DNA from: Desulfurivibrionaceae bacterium
GTDB taxonomy: Bacteria > Desulfobacterota > Desulfobulbia > Desulfobulbales > UBA5123
Assembly: GCA_030145325.1 (NCBI GenBank)
Contig: JAQYVW010000005.1
Location: forward strand, 24,749-88,748
DNA: 64,000 nucleotides
Direction of reading: 5' to 3'
Of the stretch, positions 1 to 10,000 are shown piece after piece. Within the stretch, counting starts at the first letter, position 1; the number at the start of each line of letters is the position of its first letter. The translations under genes and the position numbers were made by a program. Below the pieces are notes generated by a model, which made no database searches, was not told where the DNA came from, and worked only from the letters and a program-made list of their open reading frames with translations.

Positions 1-219
1 ATGGCTGTGGAAGAGGTACTTATTTTTCGCCCGTATCCGTTACGGGAGGGGCAGAAAATCAGGATCGAGGGTGGCCCTCGGAATGGCGACTGGCTGGTTA
101 TCGAGGTGAGCGAACGTAAGGTTAAGTTGCGTTGTCCGGTTTCGTTGCGGGAGGTTGAGTGGGATCGCTTCTGCTTTTTTGCGGAAGAACAGCGGGGGCC
201 TTGGCCCCTGAGTCATTGA
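1..219 (+). CDS. hypothetical small protein (72 aa; ORF starts at window edge, may be 5'-truncated)
   Basis: Open frame from nt 1 to TGA at 217-219. No recognisable motif. Confidence 0.3.
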   Translation: MAVEEVLIFRPYPLREGQKIRIEGGPRNGDWLVIEVSERKVKLRCPVSLREVEWDRFCFFAEEQRGPWPLSH

Positions 220-453
220 TCGGTAAAGATTGTTTGTGAAGGTTGCCTGGCAAAAGAATCTGGCAGGCCTATTCCTAATTGGCAAAATGAAAGATGCTTA
301 CCTGCTCACGTTATGCAGCATTTTTCATTTCGCCATTTTTGGGCTTCAGCGAGGTCCTTTTTTTGTATTGACCGCGCCTGGGAGCCTTGTGATCTTGCTT
401 ACCTGTTTTCGCCCCAAAGCACTTATTTTTCAAGACCCCCTTTAGGAAACCTT

Positions 454-1992
454 CTATCTCTTGTTGGCGCTGCGGCGACTTGGCGGCCGGTTGGATCTGC
501 CCCCCGGAGATCGTCTGGGGGTGGATGATGGCCGTTTTGAGCGTTTATCCTGTGGGCCGGTTCGTTGTATTTTCTTTGTTGGTGGCGGCGGCTTGGTCAG
601 TAGTTCTTCCTCAGGATAAAGGCAGGGAAGTTTGCGACCAATGAACTCTTCAATCTCTGGCAGGTAAAATGACTCATCTTCATCGGCGAAACTTACTGAA
701 ATACCGGTGGCCCCGGCGCGACCAGTGCGGCCAATTCGATGCACATAGTCTTCAGCATCTTGGGGGAGGTGGTAGTTAACCACATGGCTGACCCCCTTGA
801 TGTGAATTCCTCGCCCTGCCACATCGGTTGCCACCAGGACTTTAATCTTGCCGCCCCGGAAATTTTCCAAGGTGCGGGTTCGTTTGTCCTGGGAAACGTC
901 ACCGGAGAGGATGGCGCAACTGATCTCGTAGGATGCCAGCCTTTCATACAAACGCCTGGTTTCATCACGACGGTTACAGAAGACCATTACCCGTTCGAGT
1001 TTTTGCTTGGTGATCATATTGTAGAGTAAGGGGAATTTCTGATCGGTGGTAATCATGTAGACCTGCTGATCCACGGTATCCACCGTTACCTGTTCTGGTT
1101 CAATTTCCACCGTGATGGGGTCTTTAGTCCATTGGCTGGCAAGTCGGGTGACGTCTTCTGTGAGGGTGGCGCTGAAGAAGAGGGTCTGGCGCTTGCTTTT
1201 GTCTGGAGTGGCATAAACAATGGTTCGCACGTCAGGGATAAAGCCCATGTCCAGCATTCGATCAGCTTCATCAATAACCAGGATCTCAACTTTGTCCAGG
1301 CGGACGATTCGTTGGCGCATGAAGTCAAGCAAGCGACCGGGGGTGGCGACGATGATGTCAACGATATTGTCGCCTGCTGCTCGGCGTTGCTTGTCGTAGG
1401 CGGTGCCACCGAAAACCGAGACGACGTTGATGGGCATATGTTTGGCTAAGCCCATGGCGTCTTTTTCAATCTGGGCGACCAGTTCTCTAGTAGGGGCAAG
1501 GATCAAGGCGCGCGGAACGCCGTTTTTCCTGTCGCCCTTAATTGGATTCTGGATGAGTCGGGTGAGCATGACGGCAAGAAAGGCGGCGCTTTTGCCGGTA
1601 CCGGTTTGTGCCTTGCCGGTGGCGTCGGTGCCATCAAGAACCTTGGGGAGGATTTCCGCCTGGATTGGCGTGCAGTATTGAAAGCCTAGGTCGTGGACTG
1701 CATGCATAAGTTCATTGGGCAGGTCAAGGTCGTGGAAGCGAACCTTGTCGGCAGCAGGTTCTACCTTGAATTGGCTAATATCCCATGGGGTCGAATCTTC
1801 TTGCCGGGATGAGGACACGGTACTGTTCTTTTCGGAGGTAGGGCGCTTTTTTCGGGGTCGTTTCCGTTTGGGGCGGGTTGTGGGAGTTGTTTCCACAACG
1901 GTGGGAGTTTCTTTTTGGGTAGCTGTTTCGGTAACGGTTTCTTCTTCTCCGCGAAAACGGTTGCGGATATTTTTTACAAGCGAACGTATCAA
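454..1992 (-). CDS. DEAD-box ATP-dependent RNA helicase
   Basis: Walker [16 protein letters not shown] box [16 protein letters not shown] motif (FFSATL) and [11 protein letters not shown]- and C-terminal tails are Lys/Arg-rich. Confidence 0.9.
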   Translation of the reverse strand: MIRSLVKNIRNRFRGEEETVTETATQKETPTVVETTPTTRPKRKRPRKKRPTSEKNSTVSSSRQEDSTPWDISQFKVEPAADKVRFHDLDLPNELMHAVHDLGFQYCTPIQAEILPKVLDGTDATGKAQTGTGKSAAFLAVMLTRLIQNPIKGDRKNGVPRALILAPTRELVAQIEKDAMGLAKHMPINVVSVFGGTAYDKQRRAAGDNIVDIIVATPGRLLDFMRQRIVRLDKVEILVIDEADRMLDMGFIPDVRTIVYATPDKSKRQTLFFSATLTEDVTRLASQWTKDPITVEIEPEQVTVDTVDQQVYMITTDQKFPLLYNMITKQKLERVMVFCNRRDETRRLYERLASYEISCAILSGDVSQDKRTRTLENFRGGKIKVLVATDVAGRGIHIKGVSHVVNYHLPQDAEDYVHRIGRTGRAGATGISVSFADEDESFYLPEIEEFIGRKLPCLYPEEELLTKPPPPTKKIQRTGPQDKRSKRPSSTPRRSPGGRSNRPPSRRSANKR

Positions 1993-2276
1993 AAGATGAA
2001 TCCTTTTAGGTGTTATTTTGTATGAGCTGGCGGGAGGTCGATGATCGCTATTGCCTCTTTGTAAAGCGCATAAACGTAGGCGTATGGGGCATAGACGTTG
2101 AGATGGCGAGGCGCAACAGTCAGGATCCTGCTTGATGTCATGATCGTCACCAAACAGAGAGTATGAACTCTAAATATCGACGAAAAAATAGTATCATAGC
2201 ATGCTGAGAGGTTAAAAGCCACTAGAAATGTCCGGGGGATGTATTGATGCGGACGGGTGGCAGGCAAGGATGACCG

Positions 2277-3134
2277 TTATTCTTCCAGCCGTGCCAATGC
2301 TTTTTTTGCGTGTGAAAATCCCTGGCTTGCCGCCTTGCGGTACAGCGTGAGGGCCTTCTCTAGATCTTCTTTAACGCCATGGCCGTTCTCGTAGAGTGTG
2401 CCGAGGCTGTATTGGGCACCGGCAGAGCCGTGTTCGGCGGCAGTGGTGTACCATTTTAAGGCTTTTTCCATGTCGTAGGTTATGCCGCTGCCGTTTTCGT
2501 GCATGGAGCCTAGATTAACTTGGGCGGCGAGATGTCCTTGCTCAGCGGCATTACGATACCACTTGATGGCCTCGCGTTCATCTTCATTGACCCCCAATCC
2601 CTTTTTGTACATAATACCAAGGTTAAATTGGCCGCGGGGGTCACCTTTTTCCGCAGCAAGGCGAAACTGTTTTACCGCCTTGTTGTAATCCTGTGCAACG
2701 TCAAGTCCGTTTTTGTACAGCAGGCCGAGATTGACGTAGGCTGGGGCAAAATCTTGTTTGGTGGCCATTTCGTACCATTGGATGGCCGTGGCGATATCTT
2801 TCTCAACCCCACATCCTTCCTCGTACATTCGTCCAAGGTTGTACTGGCCCATGGCATCGTTTTGTTGCGCTGCCATTTTGTACCATTGGATGGCCTCGTT
2901 GCAGTCCCGGTCTACGCCGCGTCCGTTTTTGTACATGGCTCCGAGATTTACCTGCCCGCCGGCATTATTCTGCTCGGCGGCCAAGCTATACCATCTGAGG
3001 GCTTCTGCTAGATCGGAAGTAACCCCTAACCCTTTTTCATACATAACTCCAAGCTTGAACTGGGCTTGTGGATCCCCGTCTTGCGCGGCTTTATTGTATG
3101 CTGCAAAGGTTTGTTGGTAATCCTTTCGGGACAT
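2277..3134 (-). CDS. Sel1-like repeat (SLR/TPR-family) protein
   Basis: About 7 tandem ~36-aa repeats of the form G.GV..D...A..WY..AA.QG.A.AQ..LG.MY..G. Confidence 0.85.
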   Translation of the reverse strand: MSRKDYQQTFAAYNKAAQDGDPQAQFKLGVMYEKGLGVTSDLAEALRWYSLAAEQNNAGGQVNLGAMYKNGRGVDRDCNEAIQWYKMAAQQNDAMGQYNLGRMYEEGCGVEKDIATAIQWYEMATKQDFAPAYVNLGLLYKNGLDVAQDYNKAVKQFRLAAEKGDPRGQFNLGIMYKKGLGVNEDEREAIKWYRNAAEQGHLAAQVNLGSMHENGSGITYDMEKALKWYTTAAEHGSAGAQYSLGTLYENGHGVKEDLEKALTLYRKAASQGFSHAKKALARLEE

Positions 3135-3248
3135 GTCTGGTCTCAGGCTGTCAGTGATGGACAGTGATGAATTAAATAAGGTCTTTAGTTGTTTTGTCGC
3201 CCTTTACGCGGCCCCCCAGCCAAGGCGTCAAATGGTAAGGATTCTAAT

Positions 3249-3425
3249 TTACTCCTCTTCGACAATAAAATCTTTCAATTTCTCATTTAAAGATTCAGGC
3301 CATGGCAGATCATGCAAGAAAGCGTTAGCCTCTTCCTTGGTTAAAGATTGCTTTATCTCTAGGGGGAGGCTGCGCAAAAAAGCCATTCTTTCCGAGTTAG
3401 GTTTGTTGTTTTCGTCGGTGGTCAT
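3249..3425 (-). CDS. hypothetical 58-aa protein, translationally coupled to the upstream gene
   Basis: My own translation gives MTTDENNKPNSERMAFLRSLPLEIKQSLTKEEANAFLHDLPWPESLNEKLKDFIVEEE. Its ATG overlaps the TGA of the 3422..4165 gene (ATGA). It is below the 60-aa cutoff of the ORF track. Confidence 0.4.
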   Translation of the reverse strand: MTTDENNKPNSERMAFLRSLPLEIKQSLTKEEANAFLHDLPWPESLNEKLKDFIVEEE

Positions 3426-4165
3426 TGTGGCTCCTTGTGTGATGATGGTTCTGGGCTCGTGGGCATTTGCGTAGCGTCGGTCATGGCGAGGCCGGGTTCG
3501 TTATTGTTGAGCATAGAGAGATATTTACATTCTGGATAATTGGAGCAGCCAAGGAAGTATTTGCCGATATTTTCACCTTGCTTCGCCTTAAGAAGCATCA
3601 GGGGCTCGCCACAACTGGGGCAGTCACCGTATTTGTTGGTGATTATCTTGACAGTGGGGTTTTCTGGTAATTCGATATTTTTGCTAAGAATGGCAATGAT
3701 GTCTTCAGGGTCATACTGTAACCGTGATTGCACCCTGGCGATGGGTAGACCTGCTGCGGTGGCGGCGTTGTCGATAAAATCGTCCGGCATGTCCTCAGCT
3801 TTGGCGGTTGCGGTCTTATTCTCAAGGTCAATGATTCCGGCGATGGAGAGATCCCCGGCGTTACAGAGAACAAAGGAAACCGTTGTGGCGTTAATTCTGG
3901 CCAGGGTTTTAACGGGGAGTTCTTTTCCTGGCTTCTGTTGTATCTGTATGATATCCGCCAGTCGTACCTTAACGAAGACAGTGTGCCTGTCGCCAAGAAG
4001 CGGTTCCAGGGTTTCGAGAAATGCCTTTTCCGGTGCCGAAAGAAGTGAGAAGTTTTTCTCGTAAGAAAGGGATAGGTCGTGGTTACCGGCGGTCGTTTTG
4101 ATGATGATGGCGACCAGGATGATGAAGATGATCAGGATGGAGACGAAGAGAACAGATGGAGGCAC
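3422..4165 (-). CDS. membrane-anchored DUF2726-like (nuclease-fold) protein with C-terminal topoisomerase-type C4 zinc finger
   Basis: N-terminal TM helix (VLFVSILIIFIILVAIII). Central region resembles DUF2726 (LLSAPEKAFLETLEPLL...VFVKVRLADII). C-terminal CPSCGEPL...LGCSNYPECKY zinc ribbon. Confidence 0.65.
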   Translation of the reverse strand: MPPSVLFVSILIIFIILVAIIIKTTAGNHDLSLSYEKNFSLLSAPEKAFLETLEPLLGDRHTVFVKVRLADIIQIQQKPGKELPVKTLARINATTVSFVLCNAGDLSIAGIIDLENKTATAKAEDMPDDFIDNAATAAGLPIARVQSRLQYDPEDIIAILSKNIELPENPTVKIITNKYGDCPSCGEPLMLLKAKQGENIGKYFLGCSNYPECKYLSMLNNNEPGLAMTDATQMPTSPEPSSHKEPQ

Positions 4166-4422
4166 GGTCGATAATCCTGTAAAGTAGTTATTTTACGATG
4201 AATAATGTAGTTTTATACCAGTTTTTGCCGGGAAATTGAAAGTATTTTGTTGGTCTTTCATCACTGCTTTCCCAAAACGAAGGCAGGGTGATTTTTTCTT
4301 GAGGGCAAAAGGCTCCATGATAACAACAACGTTGTTGGCTTGGAAATGATGTTGCCAAGAAGTTGGGTGCTTGCTTTTTGGGTGCCTGTGTGCTAAAAAA
4401 CGCCAGATTGTTGAAGAGTAAG

Positions 4423-4509
4423 GCCCGGATGGCGGAACTGGTAGACGCAAGGGACTTAAAATCCCTCGGTCGCATGACTGTGCGAGTTCGATTCTCGCTC
4501 CGGGCACCA
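4423..4509 (+). tRNA. tRNA-Leu (anticodon UAA)
   Basis: 87-nt cloverleaf. Acceptor GCCCGGA/TCCGGGC; anticodon stem AGGGA/TCCCT with loop CTTAAAA; long variable arm (class II). T-arm GCGAG-TTCGATT-CTCGC and encoded CCA. Near-identical layout to enterobacterial tRNA-Leu(UAA). Confidence 0.93.
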
Positions 4510-4520
4510 CGTATTATCAA

Positions 4521-4555
4521 TGGGTTAGCGAAATTTTAGCTAACCCATTTTTTTT
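4521..4555 (+). terminator. intrinsic terminator after tRNA-Leu
   Basis: 9-bp stem TGGGTTAGC/GCTAACCCA followed by T8. Confidence 0.75.
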
Positions 4556-4902
4556 GTGGTTTTGGGTAAGCACTATGTATGCATGGTTGCGAGAAAGAAA
4601 TAATCTTTTTGACTGAGCATGTTTGGGTAGGGTGATAGTCGTCTCGATACGAAGGAAGCAAGTCGAAGAGGTTGAATGGGATTTTAAAAAAAATTCTTCC
4701 AATACCTGCGGGGTGCAAATAAAACGAACCAGCAGCGAAGCGGCGAAAGAAACGGCACCCTGTGTCACTCGCCGTGTGGTCAAGCCACATTGCTGCCCGC
4801 CCGCTCTGTGGCGGATACCCTGCGTTCCTCAAAGTTGTCGGGATAAAAAAACTCGCCCGCCTATGGGCGGCCTCAAACAGTCGGAGTTTCCGCGCTGGTT
4901 TT

Positions 4903-4985
4903 GGGAGGACAGGAGACGTTGTTTAATTGTTGAAAAAAGAGTGTTTTTCATATTCAACAATTAAACAACGTCCCCTCTGTCCCTC
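4903..4985. repeat. palindromic MITE-like repeat, copy A (both arms, short loop)
   Basis: Left arm ..GAGACGTTGTTTAATTGTTGAA and right arm TTCAACAATTAAACAACGTCCCCTCTG are inverted complements around an ~18-nt loop. The right arm recurs at 11201-11225 and 13583-13607. Confidence 0.8.
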
Positions 4986-5017
4986 ACAGCTAGAAGGCTA
5001 CTTAATACATTAGGGAG

Positions 5018-5031
5018 GTATACGTAACAAA
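5018..5031. repeat. terminal inverted repeat, left
   Basis: GTATACGTAACAAA is the exact reverse complement of 6945-6958. Confidence 0.7.
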
Positions 5032-5148
5032 TCCTATTTTTTCTTTTTAAAACAACATGTTATTGTTGTGATATTATTGTATGGTTTTCTGCATTAGTCA
5101 ATATTTTTGTGTGTCGTCCTGACTAGAACTTTCACCCTACTTATCGGA

Positions 5149-6093
5149 TCAATGCCTCCTTCTTTGGCTTATAATACTTGCCGTTTTCTCCATCACTATA
5201 TCCATGGCGTTATAATAATCTCGCTGAGCCTTAACATTTGAGAGCTTGCAATAACGTTGGGTCGTTTTTATTCTGTTATGACCTAGTAGATCCTGGATTG
5301 TGACAAGATCAGCATCTGCGTTGAGCAATTTGGTTGCCATTGTATGGCGGAGTTGATGGCAGGAAACCGATACCGCACTTTGTTTAGAGTAATATTCAAC
5401 CCGTTTTTGGATACCACGGACAGAGATCGGCTTACCTTTGTAATTCCCTTTTTCAACTAGAAATACCAGTTGTTCTCTGGTGACAGGTCTTATTTGTAAA
5501 TATGCTGCCAGGGTTTCTGCAGCATCATTGCTAAGATATACCACTCTGTCCTTAGCCCCTTTCCCACTCCTTACCATTATTTGACTACGCCTGTAGTCAA
5601 TAGCTCCCAGGGTTAGATTTGCCACCTCTTCAACTCGAAGACCGCAACGCAGCATAAGCATGAACATGGCCATGTCCCGTGGTTTCGTAATGCTCCTGAG
5701 GAAAATGACAACATCACTATCACGAAGATGCCGAGGAAGTGGTTTGGGAAGACGAAGTGCCAGTTTTTTGATCACTGGGTTAGAGATCTGAAGACCCTCT
5801 TCATCTTTCAAATAATTATAAAATTTTCGGATGGCGACCAAGTGGCTATTAATAGTCTGCGGTGACAAGCTTTTTTCGAGAAGAAAATCTATATAACATT
5901 TCACATTCCTGGAAGTCACTGATTCAACAGGAACCGCAACCCACACGATGAATTTTTGTATTCTATGAAGATAATTCCTATCTGTTTGCACGGCTAAATC
6001 CACAGAGCTTTTCGAGCTGCGGCATAACTGAACTTTTTGTTTGCATAACCGTAGAAAAGATAATCCCCGTTTGTATTTCTTACCTTTAACCAT
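5149..6093 (-). CDS. tyrosine recombinase / site-specific integrase (apparently intact)
   Basis: Core-binding SAM-like region (SPQTINSHLVAIRKFYNYL). Catalytic Arg box LRCGLRVEE, HQLRHTMAT, LLGHNRIKTTQRY with the Tyr nucleophile. The start is uncertain because the ORF overlaps the upstream ORF by 100 nt. Confidence 0.85.
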   Translation of the reverse strand: MVKGKKYKRGLSFLRLCKQKVQLCRSSKSSVDLAVQTDRNYLHRIQKFIVWVAVPVESVTSRNVKCYIDFLLEKSLSPQTINSHLVAIRKFYNYLKDEEGLQISNPVIKKLALRLPKPLPRHLRDSDVVIFLRSITKPRDMAMFMLMLRCGLRVEEVANLTLGAIDYRRSQIMVRSGKGAKDRVVYLSNDAAETLAAYLQIRPVTREQLVFLVEKGNYKGKPISVRGIQKRVEYYSKQSAVSVSCHQLRHTMATKLLNADADLVTIQDLLGHNRIKTTQRYCKLSNVKAQRDYYNAMDIVMEKTASIISQRRRH

Positions 6094-6878
6094 TTCCGTA
6101 AGGCCCTCTCTGCATCTTCTGTAAAATGTACAACTCTGCCTTGGTAATTTTTCTCCCCAAGGTAAATCAGGATTTTTTGTTCCGGCAAAATAATGTCTGA
6201 AACTTTGACATTTAACAATTCGCCGATTCTCATCCCGGTTCGAAGCAATAACAGGATCATTGCCTGGTCACGGACATTGTTGACCACAACGAGTAATGCT
6301 TCAAGGTCTTCTGCAGGGATGGCCCGGGGCAGCAACTCAGGAAGTTTGAGTTGGATTTTTTTGTCGAGAATATCAGGTTCTAAAATTCTGTGGTCAACCA
6401 GGAAACGGAGAAAGGCATATATACCCTGTAGGTTTGTTTTTATTCCGCCAACCTTTAAACCACGGTTCTGATTATTTCCTATATATGCATAAATATGCTG
6501 CCGGGAGAGTTCTTCAATGCTGCTGATCCCGGACAGCATGAGAAATGATAGAAAAGAGATAATAACGCCGCCAGACTGCCTGATAGTGCTGGTTGCCAAA
6601 TTGTTTCTATATTTATGCTGTAGATAAGAAACTGCATGCTCAGCGCCAGGCAAGCTACTGTTTGATAACCTTTGGCTGAAATGGTTAAGCACCCGACGTT
6701 TTTCTGTTGGTGCCTGAGCTACAGGTAGCGCTGTGATCGGAGAAAAATATTGAGATGAAAAATTTGTTTGTGCTTGTTGATACTCGAAAAAGGTAGGGGG
6801 ATGTTGATGGGCAGACAAGAGCCCAAGATAGATTTGTTCACTTTGATGTGGAATTGCAGCTATTTTTTCCTCGGCCAT
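5994..6878 (-). CDS. tyrosine recombinase-like protein, C-terminally truncated (lacks HxxR / H / Y boxes)
   Basis: Core-binding region and Arg box (LLLRTGMRIGEL) are present. The ORF stops (..AAARKALWI*) before the HxLRH and Tyr motifs that the downstream paralogue retains. Confidence 0.6.
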   Translation of the reverse strand: MAEEKIAAIPHQSEQIYLGLLSAHQHPPTFFEYQQAQTNFSSQYFSPITALPVAQAPTEKRRVLNHFSQRLSNSSLPGAEHAVSYLQHKYRNNLATSTIRQSGGVIISFLSFLMLSGISSIEELSRQHIYAYIGNNQNRGLKVGGIKTNLQGIYAFLRFLVDHRILEPDILDKKIQLKLPELLPRAIPAEDLEALLVVVNNVRDQAMILLLLRTGMRIGELLNVKVSDIILPEQKILIYLGEKNYQGRVVHFTEDAERALRKWLKVRNTNGDYLFYGYANKKFSYAAARKALWI

Positions 6879-6944
6879 GACCTCCTCCTTTCTAAAGAAA
6901 AACAGGATGTTATGACCGAACTATACCATATAGCCGGTTTTTAT

Positions 6945-6958
6945 TTTGTTACGTATAC
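6945..6958. repeat. terminal inverted repeat, right
   Basis: TTTGTTACGTATAC is the exact reverse complement of 5018-5031. Confidence 0.7.
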
Positions 6959-7085
6959 TAGGGAGGTATGTTGACTTCTCGATCTCTCTAAGAGAGCCCG
7001 GAACATGTCAACCTCACCAGAAGAAAGAAAAGCATGAAATCATGAACGTCCCGCTCACCTTGGTGTCCGTGAAACTGGGGGTAGC

Positions 7086-10000
7086 TCAATCTGACCCCTT
7101 TGGTTCTTCGCTTGCCAAGAGGGGGCTAGTCCGCAACGCCGCAGTGTCTTCGGCCTGTTCTGGCGACGGTGCCTGCAGAGGGCGCGTAAGTCGGCGGCAG
7201 CGAAGACTCTTCCGCGTCACCTCGATCTCCTCCGCCAATTCCGATCCGCTGTAAGCCAGCGAGGTCTCGTGGCGCGCATAGCGGCTGTCGCGACTTGCGC
7301 TGAACCAGTTGAACGAGCCAGCGCAGTAAATATCATCGTCAACGAGAATTAGTTTGCTGTGCACGCGAGCGACGAAGGCTGTTTCTATTCCGTCTTTCTG
7401 CAGCGCGTCCACCGCCGCTTGCAGCCGCAGTTTTTTTTCTGCTGCAAGGGTGGAATTCGGCGCCTCGGTGTTCCACTCCTGGTCGGTGTAGATGCTGACG
7501 CTAACGCCTCGTTTTACGGCGGCGCGCATCGCCTCTAGCGCTCCAATCTCCTTTATGCACCGCAATTGGAGCCAAGGGGTGACGATCTGTATCTCATGAA
7601 CGGCCTTGGCCAACGCGGTGAGCAGGTAGCTATCGTGCTCCTGGGCATCTCGTAGCTGACGTAAGTTCTTATGTAGCGGGGTGAGATCCTTGCGCTGCTG
7701 CGGCTCGAAATTCAATGCGTTGCTCGGCTTGTGACACAAATAGGTTAAGAGAAGCCCACGCGGTTTGGACTTCGGGGAAAGCTCGAGGACGTCCATGTCG
7801 CCGAAGACGAGGAAGCTGTCCTTGGCACGAGAGACGGCAACGTTTAGCATGCTAGGACTATTATCGATAAACTCGCCGTTGGCATGCTTAGAGTAGACGG
7901 GGGAAAAGATCACTACTGGCCGCTCGGCCCCCTGTAGGGAATGGACGGTGCCCACCGTCATTCCCTCCTTGCTACCGGCGATGATGCCTCGGGCTTGGCA
8001 GGACTGCAGGATCGCCTGCACTTGGCTGCCAAAGGGCGTGACCACGCCGACGATCTGGGCTAGCGTTTTTTCGTAACGCGTCTCTAACTCCGCCTTGTGT
8101 TCGACCAGCCAAGTGGCGATGATGTCTGCCTCCAGCAGATTCTGACGACTGCCGCCGTTGCTCCATTGACATATGCCGTCCACGTGCAGGTAGCCCATCG
8201 CCGGCAGCCCTACGCCCGCAGGACGCGAGCCGCGTTTGGGAAGGAGCTTGTTGCGATAGCACAGTTTATTGCAGTAGTCGACGATCTCGTCGAAGCAGCG
8301 TCGGTGCTCGTAGAGGAACATGCCACGGGTGAGGTCGGGGTCATAGTGATAGCGGCTGACGTTTTGCGCGATGCGCATGACACTGCCGGAGGCGGCTGCC
8401 TTACCCTGTTCGGCAAGCTGCGCGTACGCCTGCTTGGGGTCGGCGCTGCAGATGATCTTCGCACTGACCATGTTACCGATATCCACCTGTGCCGGAATCG
8501 ACCATATGGGCTCGATCTGTAGCGTGTCACCGATGACAAGCGACCTCTTGGCCAAGGCGAAGGAGGCACCCGCAACCTCTGGCAGCACCTGCCCGGCCTC
8601 ATCGACGATCAGCAGATCAATGAAATCATAGAGGTAGTCGGTAACGAATTCACCGTCATCAAAGCGCTTTACCTGCATCTCTGCCGGCAGCATAAAGAAG
8701 GTTGAAACAACGCAAGGCGTGAGCTTCATGCGTCTTCGCCAGCGCTTCTCCATCGTAACACGACCGCTCTTGCGCTTCTCCTTTTCCAATTCCGGCAGCA
8801 ACGCCTCCATCTCAAGCAGCCAGCGGCCTTCCCAATAGTGGGTCGTCAGCAAAAAAATTGGGAAGCGTATGGCGGTGTCGGCCAGTACGTCGCACTCCGC
8901 CAGCGAGAGAATCTCCGCCTGTTCCGAGATGCCCAACGGCTCCAGCGCCGCTCGCCAACGCTCCAACTGCGCCTGCTCTGCCTTAAGGACCGCCTCACCG
9001 CGTTGCACGATGTGCCGCTTTTCCCTCAGCATGGTGGCGAGCTGCTCGCGTCGAACCTGTGTCGCAGCTTCTATTTCGTCAACATTGTTCCCTCCGCGCA
9101 GCGCGGATTCGGCAGGAAAGTGCTCCTTGAGGAACAGCCTAGCAAGGCGTAGCCGCTTGTTGGCAACGGGTGGCAACCATGTGAACAGCGAGTAGAGAAT
9201 AGACTCCTTTGCAAGATAGGCCTCCCATCGCTCGACCACGGCGCCGAAGGCCTGATGCTGGGTCTCGATCTCTGCCTCCTGAAGCCGGCGTTCTGTCATG
9301 GCTGTGGCCGGATCCTCGCCGATCTCACGCTGAACCGCCTCGCGCGCAAGGACAAGTTTCTGCCAGACGTCATCAAGCGCGGTCAACTTGTCCAACTCGA
9401 CGCGGATCGCTTCTCGTAACGCCTTGACAGCATCGATGAGTGTTGGGTTTGCGATTTCGGGAAAAGCGGTTGCGGCTGCCTGGAGATAGGTACGCTTGGC
9501 GCGCTCGACGTATTCCGGTGACTCGACCTGTTCGAAGAAGGCGCGGGTCTGGTACTTGGTGGCGCTCTCGACTTCCTTGCCCTTGGCCGGGAAGTAGGCG
9601 CCGAAGCTCTGGATATCCGGCAGCCAACGACCGGCAAAGCAGCCTGAACCGATAGCAAAATCCTTGCCGAATGCGTCGATGATGTTCGTCACCGCCTGGT
9701 TGTTGGTGGACGCGGCCACGATAACGGGCGGCTCACCATTCTCATCCAGCGCCGCACGCGCCCAGAGTGAGGCAACCACTGAGAGCAGCATTGTAGTCTT
9801 GCCGGTACCCGGCGGGCCGTTGACGGCAAGGACGTCCCCATGGCGCCCCTCCAGCAGGTGAGACAGGGCGTCACGTTGAGCCTGCGCCAATGGAAAAGAG
9901 TCGCCGGCGTGACCCATACGGGCTGCGAAGGCTGCACTGGCCTGTAAGCAAGTCTCGGGCGGCGCTACCTGCTCGCTGGCGTAGCGTTCGAACAACGGGA

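Larger units (their letters stand above)
5011..6969. mobile_element. compact tyrosine-recombinase element (two tandem recombinase genes) with TIRs and flanking direct repeat
   Basis: 14-bp perfect inverted repeats: GTATACGTAACAAA at 5018-5031 and TTTGTTACGTATAC at 6945-6958. Each is flanked on the outside by TAGGGAG (5011-5017 and 6959-6965; 11-bp TAGGGAGGTAT if the overlap is counted). The interior is visibly AT-rich relative to its neighbours. Confidence 0.5.

Noticed and set aside
2277-3134. A link between the Sel1-repeat protein and selenium metabolism
   Set aside because: Sel1 is a name coincidence (C. elegans sel-1). These are TPR-like protein-interaction repeats.
4188-4520. Two ~105-110-aa minus-strand ORFs
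   Set aside because: They overlap the tRNA-Leu gene and its promoter region, and have no RBS or motifs.
4623-4964. 113-aa plus-strand ORF
   Set aside because: No RBS. It reads into the palindromic repeat and its composition is not protein-like.
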